DNA of 64,000 nucleotides, taken from positions 224,001 to 288,000 of the forward strand of contig CAVQUB010000003.1 of NCBI GenBank assembly GCA_963716725.1, given 5' to 3'. The position numbers were made by a program, and so were the translations under genes. Source of the stretch: an uncultured delta proteobacterium. GTDB lineage: Bacteria > Myxococcota_A > Polyangia > Polyangiales > Polyangiaceae. Positions 57,316-64,000 of the stretch are shown piece after piece (positions within the stretch are counted from its first letter, which is position 1; every line of letters begins with the position of its first letter). The notes under the pieces are model-generated. The model did not search any database and had not been told where the DNA came from. It saw nothing but the letters and a program-made list of their open reading frames with translations.

Positions 57316-58925
57316 TCGGCCGTCCCCGCGCCGCAGCGCGCGTCGCCCGGCGTCGACACGACGAGCTCGTACTCACCCACTTCCAGATTCTGGGGCACTA
57401 CGATGGCGCCGTCGTACTTGCCGTCGTCTCCGGCCGAGAGCGACTGAATGGGGATCATCTTGCCCGACTCGTGCCGGAGCGCGAAGTCCACCCGCACTCC
57501 CCGGCAGCCGTCCCCGCCAGACTCGATTCTGCCGCTCACGGCCAGCGGGTCGCCGCGCTTGACCGCGGGCTTGGCGAGCTTCACCTCGAGCTTCGAGGCG
57601 GGTCGGTCGTCGAACGCCGTCGCACCGGCGTCACCGACCCCCGGACCGGCGCTCGGGATGGGCACGGGCGTCATGCCAACGCCGGCGTCGCCCACCCCGC
57701 CATCGGCTCCGAGCTTGGCCGCGGTCGGCTGCGGACCGCCACCCGGGGACATGGTCCGATCCACGAGATCGCGCGCGCTCTCGGAGCCCGCCGGCCAGTT
57801 GAAGGGATCGCGCGGGGGTGCGTGCATGGGCTGGGAGGGGTCGCGATCGGTGTCGAGCCGCTCGGCCGCCCCACCGAGATCGATGCGATGCCAGATGCGA
57901 CCGTCGAAGGCCTCGACCCACGCGTGCGCCTCGTTGCGCACCATGCGCGTGGGCAGACCGAGCGCTTGGGCGGTGATGATGTAGGCGTAGGCGCGGTGAC
58001 GACACACGCCCTTCTTGCTGAGCGCGAGCTCCTCGTACAAGGCAGCGCCCGAAGACAGGGGCCGGTCGTCGGAAGGCGCAAACGAGCGGAAGTGCGCCAC
58101 CAGCGCGCCCACGGCCGCAGCCGGCGTCATCGCGCGCGACACGCCGATCTTCTCCAGCACTCGCTCGCCGGCGGCGCGGATCGACGGCGGCATGCGCGAA
58201 GTGAAGCGCGCCAGCGACACGAAGCTCGCATCCGGAGCGAAGACACTGCCGAAGGTCTCTCGCGGGATCGCGAGCTGGAGCACGAGCCGGACCCGCTTGT
58301 TGTCTGCTGCTCGCACGAACCAGTTCTCGGCGCCGTCGCGCTGAAGCTGAAACGCCGTCTCCGGAAGCGTATGAGCGGACAAGACCCGAGTGCCCGGGCC
58401 CACGCTGGGGATGCGCACGGGCGTATCCGCCACCAGATCGACGTTCATGTCGGCGTAGAACTGGTCGTCGCCGCTGCGCACGCTGCCGCCGATCATGAGC
58501 TTGGTGAGCCCCTTGTCGGCGACGCCGAGCTCGAGGGACTCCTCCACCACGTCGTAGGCGAACAGGCGTTTGAAGGGCGTGACTGCCGGAATGAAGGGAT
58601 CGTCGTAGCTGACCAGATCGGGTCGCGAGGTATTGCGGTCGATGCGGTAGGTCGCGTCCACGCTGGCGGGGGTGGACTTGCCGCCGTAGGTCGGCTCGTT
58701 CTTGCGGGGCGCGCGCAGCGGATCCGGCGCCTGGGCCACGCCGCTCGGGGTCTCGATGGCGGCGGGAAGCTTGCCATCGGTGGTGGTCGCGTTCAGGGCG
58801 AGGTCTTCGCCGGGATCGGGCTCGAAGAAGGTGTGCAAGATCGGGCCCGCGGCGTGGGCCGGCAGCGCCATCGCGGCGATCAACGCCAGGCAGAGCTTCA
58901 CGACGTGAAGGAGGCGTCGACTCAC
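57312..58925 (-). CDS. Secreted transglutaminase-like domain protein
   Basis: Signal peptide ...LPAHA; triad GVCRHRA / HAWVE / RIDL; C-terminal Ig-like segment; start uncertain (58901/58925). Confidence 0.88.
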   Translation of the reverse strand: MSRRLLHVVKLCLALIAAMALPAHAAGPILHTFFEPDPGEDLALNATTTDGKLPAAIETPSGVAQAPDPLRAPRKNEPTYGGKSTPASVDATYRIDRNTSRPDLVSYDDPFIPAVTPFKRLFAYDVVEESLELGVADKGLTKLMIGGSVRSGDDQFYADMNVDLVADTPVRIPSVGPGTRVLSAHTLPETAFQLQRDGAENWFVRAADNKRVRLVLQLAIPRETFGSVFAPDASFVSLARFTSRMPPSIRAAGERVLEKIGVSRAMTPAAAVGALVAHFRSFAPSDDRPLSSGAALYEELALSKKGVCRHRAYAYIITAQALGLPTRMVRNEAHAWVEAFDGRIWHRIDLGGAAERLDTDRDPSQPMHAPPRDPFNWPAGSESARDLVDRTMSPGGGPQPTAAKLGADGGVGDAGVGMTPVPIPSAGPGVGDAGATAFDDRPASKLEVKLAKPAVKRGDPLAVSGRIESGGDGCRGVRVDFALRHESGKMIPIQSLSAGDDGKYDGAIVVPQNLEVGEYELVVSTPGDARCGAGTAE

Positions 58926-58941
58926 GCCGGGAGCGTAGCAC

Positions 58942-59985
58942 GTGCTATTGCCGCTCCGTCCCGTGCCGCGACTCACCCCTTCCGTCTGTTTCGCTCTTGC
59001 AGCCTGCTCAGGCCCGACTCCGGCTCCCCGACCCGCGCCAGCGCCAGCGACCGCCGCGCAAACCGCAGCGCCATCTCCGAGCCCATCAGCGTCGGCGGCC
59101 ACCGCGCCCGCTGCGCCGCCATCTGCGAGCACCTCACCCGAGCCGCCCGCGCTGAAGCTGCTCGCACTCAGCCGCGTGCTCGAAGCTCCGGTTCACTCGC
59201 TGGCGCTCGGCCACAAGGGCCGTGTCGCTGCCCTGGGCGCCGACGCTTGGCTCGACGACGGCAGGGGCTGGCGCAAGCTGCCCAAGCCGCCCGCGAACGA
59301 CGCGACCGTGAAGATCTACTTTGGCCGGGACGACCAGCCACGATTGATGGGCTTCGACTCGGCGGCGCGGGGCGTCTACGCGCGCTTCCGCAAGGGCGCG
59401 TGGGAGAGCGGTGCGGCGGAGATCGGCAAGCTCGGCACCGCTCCGATGACGCCGCTCTTCGGCGTGCTCGGCTACGACGATCCCGAGGTCGTCTGCGCGC
59501 GCGATCGACTCTGCATCATCAAGCGCCACACGGGCTGGACCATGATCCCGCCTCCGCCCGGACCGCTGCGCGTCGAGCTCTGTGGCAAGGTGGCCTGGGC
59601 CTGGGACCGCGCGGGCGTTCACCGGCTGCACGACTCGGGCTGGCGCGCCCTCGACGTGAAACCCACGTTCTCGCGCGCGGAGCACCTGTGGGCGATCAGC
59701 GACTCCGACATCTGGCTCGCGGAGCGCGACTCGGGCCAACTCCACCACTTCGACGGCAAGGCGTGGAGGGCCGAGGCCTCACCGGTGCCCGGACCCCGCG
59801 CGCTGTGGGCGACGAGCTCGACCAACGTGTGGCTCGCGGCAGACGGCGGCATCGCTCGCTACGATGGCAAGTCGTGGCGCCGCGTCGACGGCGCCGCGCA
59901 GGCGGCGTTGGTCGTGACAGGGCGCAGCGCCCCGGAGATCTGGTTCGCCGGCGACTCCGGAGTGTGGACGGGATCCGCCGAGTGA
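58942..59985 (+). CDS. Hypothetical lipoprotein with Trp-rich propeller repeats
   Basis: Lipobox LAAC; LWAISDSDIW, HFDGKAW, LWATSSTNVW, RYDGKSW. Confidence 0.8.
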   Translation: MLLPLRPVPRLTPSVCFALAACSGPTPAPRPAPAPATAAQTAAPSPSPSASAATAPAAPPSASTSPEPPALKLLALSRVLEAPVHSLALGHKGRVAALGADAWLDDGRGWRKLPKPPANDATVKIYFGRDDQPRLMGFDSAARGVYARFRKGAWESGAAEIGKLGTAPMTPLFGVLGYDDPEVVCARDRLCIIKRHTGWTMIPPPPGPLRVELCGKVAWAWDRAGVHRLHDSGWRALDVKPTFSRAEHLWAISDSDIWLAERDSGQLHHFDGKAWRAEASPVPGPRALWATSSTNVWLAADGGIARYDGKSWRRVDGAAQAALVVTGRSAPEIWFAGDSGVWTGSAE

Positions 59986-59992
59986 CTGAGCT

Positions 59993-61282
59993 TCAGGGTG
60001 CGTAGCTGAGCACGATAGTGGGATCGAAGGCCGTCGAGTCGCAGTAGTTGTCCACCCCCTTGTTCAGAACGAAGTCGATCTTCTCGCCTGCCGCTACGCT
60101 CGAAGCCAGGTTGAAGGTGACTCCGATGTTGTCGTCGAGGGCGACGGCGCTCTGCCAGAGCAAGGTCGAGCCCTTGCGGATCGACACGTTGACCCCATCG
60201 GCGCCGCACTTGCCGTGAGCGTCGGAGGCCTTGCCCGTGATCTTCACGCTCCCGGCCTTCGGTGCTGTCCAGCGTCTCACAGCGTCCAACGCGGTTCCCG
60301 GATGTCCGCCGGTGGCGGTCACGGTCACGAAAGGGTCTGGCCCTTCCCACCAATTCTGGGCCGCGACGAAGGTCATCGGGCTGCCACTGGAGTCCCAATA
60401 GCTCCAGCCGTTCTTGCCCTGCACGTTCGAGAAGCCGACGGACGCCACGTAGGTCGCCACGCACGATCCGGCCTGGCACGGCTCACCGGTGGCGCAGGCC
60501 TTGTTGCACCCGCCGCAGTGGCTGCTATTCGACGCGGTGATCACGCACTGGCTGCCGCACAACGTGGTCCCGCCAAAACACGCCAGAACGCACGAGCCGT
60601 TGCTGCAACTGGCCACGCCATTGGCCGGGTCCGTGCACGCCTTCCCGCAGCCGCCGCAGTGTTGCTTGCTCGCCTTGGTGTCCGTGCACGCGCCCGCGCA
60701 GAAGGCGAGACCGGAGGGACAAACACACGCGCCGCTCTGACAGGTCTGCGCGCTGGCGCAGGCATTGCCGCAGCCGCCGCAGTGCTGGGGATCGGTCGCC
60801 GAGTTCACGCACGATCCGTTGCAGTTGGCCAGGGCGCCGCAGGTCGACGAGCACTTTCCCTCGAAACAAACCTCCGACGCGGTGCAGGCCTTGCCGCAGC
60901 CACCGCAGTTCCCGTGGTCGGCCTTGGTGTTGACTTCGCAGCCGTCGGTGGGCTGCTGGTTGCAGTCGGCGTAGCCCGCGTCGCATGCTTGCACCCCGCA
61001 CTGATCGGCCTCGCACTTCGCTGACGCCTGCGGCACGGCGCAGGCGTCGCATGCGCTCTGGGCGCAACCGTACTTGGGGTCGGTGGCCTCAACGCATCCG
61101 CCGCACCATTTCTGCGTGGGCCAGCACAGCGCGCCGTCCGGGGGCGGTCCCGAGTCGGCGCCTCCGTCCGGCGCCCCGCCCACGCCACCCGTGCCGCTGG
61201 GCGACTCGTTCGCCGGATCGACCGACATGCATGCGACCGCGGCCAACAGCGGCGTCGACATCCAGCCAGGCCAGCGCACCAT
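59993..61282 (-). CDS. Cys-rich repeat lipoprotein (D-x-x-H/N-CGGCG-x-x-C repeats)
   Basis: AVAC lipobox; four or more CGGC repeats; C-terminal beta-sandwich (GKNGWSY...GGHPG...AVRRWTAP). Confidence 0.88.
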   Translation of the reverse strand: MVRWPGWMSTPLLAAVACMSVDPANESPSGTGGVGGAPDGGADSGPPPDGALCWPTQKWCGGCVEATDPKYGCAQSACDACAVPQASAKCEADQCGVQACDAGYADCNQQPTDGCEVNTKADHGNCGGCGKACTASEVCFEGKCSSTCGALANCNGSCVNSATDPQHCGGCGNACASAQTCQSGACVCPSGLAFCAGACTDTKASKQHCGGCGKACTDPANGVASCSNGSCVLACFGGTTLCGSQCVITASNSSHCGGCNKACATGEPCQAGSCVATYVASVGFSNVQGKNGWSYWDSSGSPMTFVAAQNWWEGPDPFVTVTATGGHPGTALDAVRRWTAPKAGSVKITGKASDAHGKCGADGVNVSIRKGSTLLWQSAVALDDNIGVTFNLASSVAAGEKIDFVLNKGVDNYCDSTAFDPTIVLSYAP

Positions 61283-61444
61283 GGTCGAAGGATAGCGGCA
61301 GGCCGGGGCGCAGGCGAGGAGCGCGCGGTCCACACCACCCCGCTCCTGGGTTTGCCAGGGGACGGAGACGTGTTGCAGTTCGTTCTACGTTGCGGTTGGC
61401 ATCTGCCTCTTGCTCTTTGGCAAGAGCGGGGGTAGCCGGAACTC

Positions 61445-61789
61445 ATGATCCTTGTCGTGGATCCCGCTCACTGGCTCGATGAAGACGGCAATTTTCCAGA
61501 GGACGCGCGCCTTCGCCGCCGCATGTTGCGCATCGCTCGTTTCATCGAATACGGCGGGCCGATACCGAAGCGATCGATTCGGGAGACGCTCGTGGAGTGC
61601 GACCGACGCCCCAAGCGCATCGCGTGTCCGGGACTCATTTGGGTGCGCAAGGAGGCCGACGATTCAATCGTCGCGTTCTGCATCGTGTGCAGGACCGACC
61701 AGGTGCTCATCCATTCATGGCAGGAAACCCTCTGGGCCAATGGCATGATGGAGCCGGTGCTGGAAGACGATCTCCCATTGCTGCACTGA
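61445..61789 (+). CDS. Small hypothetical protein, probable Zn-binding
   Basis: C-x8-C...CxxC (ECDRRPKRIACPG...FCIVC), ISxW-like IHSWQETLW. Confidence 0.75.
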   Translation: MILVVDPAHWLDEDGNFPEDARLRRRMLRIARFIEYGGPIPKRSIRETLVECDRRPKRIACPGLIWVRKEADDSIVAFCIVCRTDQVLIHSWQETLWANGMMEPVLEDDLPLLH

Positions 61790-61814
61790 TCGTGTGCCCC
61801 GGGGATTGCCAGAG

Positions 61815-62273
61815 ATGGATGAAGCGCGCCTCCTAGACACGCTCTCGAAGATCGAGGCGCTCTTCGCTGGCGCAACTACCGACGGCGAGCGGGTCGCCGC
61901 CGGCGAAGCGCGCCGTCGCATCCTCGCGCGGCTCACCGAAGTCCGCGCCCTCGACCCGCCCGTCGAATACAAGTTCACGCTCTCCGATGCCTGGTCTCGG
62001 CGGGTGTTTCTAGCCCTGTGTCGGCGCTACGAACTGGTGCCGTACCGGCGGCGCGGCCAGCGCTTCACGACCGTGATGTTGAAAGTACCGCGACGCTTCG
62101 TCGACGAGACCTTGTGGCCCGAGTACGTGCAGCTCAGCGACACCTTGCGCGCGTACCTCGACCAGGTCACCGAGCGCGTGGTCAGCCAGGTTCTCCAAGC
62201 GGACAGCTCCGAGGCCGAGGAGACAGCGGAACCGCGCCAGCTCGAGCTCGGCACGGGGCGCACCAAGGGCTAG
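61815..62273 (+). CDS. Conserved-looking hypothetical protein
   Basis: LSKIEALFAGATTDGERVAA; WSRRVFLALCRRYELVPYR; TLWPEY; ends PRQLEL. Confidence 0.78.
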   Translation: MDEARLLDTLSKIEALFAGATTDGERVAAGEARRRILARLTEVRALDPPVEYKFTLSDAWSRRVFLALCRRYELVPYRRRGQRFTTVMLKVPRRFVDETLWPEYVQLSDTLRAYLDQVTERVVSQVLQADSSEAEETAEPRQLELGTGRTKG

Positions 62274-62305
62274 ATTTTGGGGGATCGCGGCGCGCCGTCC
62301 CGAGC

Positions 62306-64000
62306 TCAGGCCCCATCCTGCGGCGCCGCGGCCTGCGCCATGAGCCGGGCCATCCCATCGAAGAGCGCCATCAGCGACGCGGCGACTTCGGGGGGCGCTT
62401 CGATCGACACGCCGCCGCCTTCGGTGCGTCGCACGCGCACGCTGGACAGGAGCGCTGCAGGACCGATCGCATCCGTGGCCGCCGGCGGAGGGTGGGGCTC
62501 CCGGGGGTCCAGCGCGGAGTCCCGACGGACGATCGCGTCGCCCTTCGTCGAACCTGAGTCGGGCACGCGATCCTCGACGTCGTCGACGGAGCTGTCCGAG
62601 TCCAGCGGCGGCAGGGCCGCCAGCGCGGCGGGTGCGAGGGGGGATTCCGGCGCTACGAGCCGCTCCACATCGCGCAGGAACGACGCATGGCCGTCGAAGC
62701 GCACGCTGTCGCTCGTGCCGTCAAAGAGCCCCGAGAACAGCGCGCGCTTGTTCGACACGATGGCCGCGATGCGCGACTCGATCCCGTACTCCGAGACGAG
62801 GTTGTAGACGTCGATCGGCCGCTTTTGGCCGAGGCGGTAGATGCGACCGATGCGCTGCTCGAGCACGGCCGGGTTCCACGGCAACTCCAGGTTGATGCAC
62901 GCGCTCGCGGCGCGCTGGAGGTTCAATCCCACACCGCCGGCGTCGCTCAGGAACATGACGCGCGTGTCGGGCTCATCATGGAAGTCCACGATCGAACGCG
63001 TGCGCTGCGTTTGCGACTCGGCACCCGTGAAAAAAACCGCGGACGCGCCAGCGTCGCCCAGGATGTCACGCACGCTCCACGCCGCGAGCCTGAGCATGCG
63101 CCGCCACTGGCTGAACACGACGATCTTGCGCTCCTGCGCCAGCGCGATCTCCTCGATCAAGCGCCGGAACTCGAACAGCTTCGGCGCGAACAGCCCCTCG
63201 ATCAGCGCGTCGTCGGGGCGCGCGCCCTCGTAGGTCGGCCACAGGTCGTCGAACTGAAGTTGGCCGAGCCCGTTGGAGATGATGCGCTGCACCGTGAGCA
63301 TCTGCATCAGCTTGAGGAACTCCGGCTGGGTGAGCGGGCGCCGCGCTGCCCTGGCGACCATCGCCGCGATCGGCTGGTTCAGCTCGTCGTGCCTGGCGAT
63401 CTGCTGCTCGGTCATCGGTACCGGCACGCGCGTATCGGTGCGCGAAGGCAGCTGCTTCAGCACCTCCTGGCGACGACGACGCACCAGGCACGGCTCGAGA
63501 CGCGTTCGCAACGTGTCCAGATTGCGGGCGCCGGCGCTCCCGCTCGCCGCGTCGCCGCCCGCGTAGGTGTGCCACGGGTCGAGGCGCCACTTGGGCGCAA
63601 GCGCGACGTCGTCCACCCAGTCGAGAATGCTCGCCAGCTCTTCCAATCGGTTCTCCATTGGCGTGCCGGTCAACACGAGACGGAAGCGCGGCGCGAGCGC
63701 CTTGACGTAGGTAGCGCTCTTGGTCGCCCAGTTCTTGATGCGCTGCGCTTCATCGAGCACGACCATGTCCGGCTCGATCGCGCGCACCTGCTCGAAGTCC
63801 CGGAGGAGCTGCTCATAACCGATGATCAGGAAGCCCCGCTTCAATCTCCGGTATTGCTCTGCTCGATCCGCCGGAGCGCCGTCGACGACGCTGGCCGGCA
63901 CGTCGGTCGTGTCTTCCCACTCGCGGAGCCACTGCGGCTTGAGCGCCGCAGGCACGACCAGCACACCCCGCTTGACGACTCCGGCGTGGAAGAGCGCATG
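62306..64000 (-). CDS. SNF2-family helicase (5' end outside window)
   Basis: VVPAALKPQW, VVLDEAQRIKN, LTGTPMEN, VFSQW, SDAGGVGLNLQ, PWNPAVLEQRIGRIYRLGQ. Confidence 0.96.
   Translation of the reverse strand, partial: HALFHAGVVKRGVLVVPAALKPQWLREWEDTTDVPASVVDGAPADRAEQYRRLKRGFLIIGYEQLLRDFEQVRAIEPDMVVLDEAQRIKNWATKSATYVKALAPRFRLVLTGTPMENRLEELASILDWVDDVALAPKWRLDPWHTYAGGDAASGSAGARNLDTLRTRLEPCLVRRRRQEVLKQLPSRTDTRVPVPMTEQQIARHDELNQPIAAMVARAARRPLTQPEFLKLMQMLTVQRIISNGLGQLQFDDLWPTYEGARPDDALIEGLFAPKLFEFRRLIEEIALAQERKIVVFSQWRRMLRLAAWSVRDILGDAGASAVFFTGAESQTQRTRSIVDFHDEPDTRVMFLSDAGGVGLNLQRAASACINLELPWNPAVLEQRIGRIYRLGQKRPIDVYNLVSEYGIESRIAAIVSNKRALFSGLFDGTSDSVRFDGHASFLRDVERLVAPESPLAPAALAALPPLDSDSSVDDVEDRVPDSGSTKGDAIVRRDSALDPREPHPPPAATDAIGPAALLSSVRVRRTEGGGVSIEAPPEVAASLMALFDGMARLMAQAAAPQDGA

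Noticed and set aside
61396..61414. Sigma54 promoter upstream of 61445
   Set aside because: TGGCA...TTGCT spacing is 12 rather than the required 10 nt between GG and GC.

Overview
High-GC (roughly 70% by eye) bacterial chromosomal segment. Gene content (MYXO-CTERM-type C-terminal sorting signals, many Gly-rich and Cys-rich lipoproteins, Ser/Thr-kinase-like and chemoreceptor genes) points to Myxococcota, probably a Polyangiales-like lineage (inference). About 48 densely packed CDS: signalling (two HAMP histidine kinases, GAF-GGDEF cyclase, MCP, ECF sigma/anti-sigma, LysR), metabolism (M20 peptidase, GH31, serine hydrolase, HAD, FAD oxidoreductase), a CzcCBA-type RND efflux operon, two GT-C-like membrane glycosyltransferases, many uncharacterised lipoproteins and a partial SNF2 helicase. 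I found no rRNA, tRNA or CRISPR array. Four single-base frameshifts in short G/C runs look like long-read assembly errors. Most interesting: (1) a B12-dependent radical SAM enzyme fused in frame to an internal lipoprotein-type signal peptide and an 88-aa Pro-rich tail with repeated DP-x-PPP motifs, a candidate self-modifying enzyme/substrate fusion; (2) a ~200-nt structured intergenic RNA candidate with a CCUCCUCCCC loop, ECF-like promoter and strong terminator; (3) a translationally coupled pseudokinase-HEAT plus degenerate HD-GYP pair upstream of an ECF/anti-sigma/bactofilin-like operon; (4) a ~2.3-kb insertion with an IS66-type remnant, flanked by a ~285-bp direct repeat that stores an alternative, start-less C-terminus of a 12-Cys lipoprotein.
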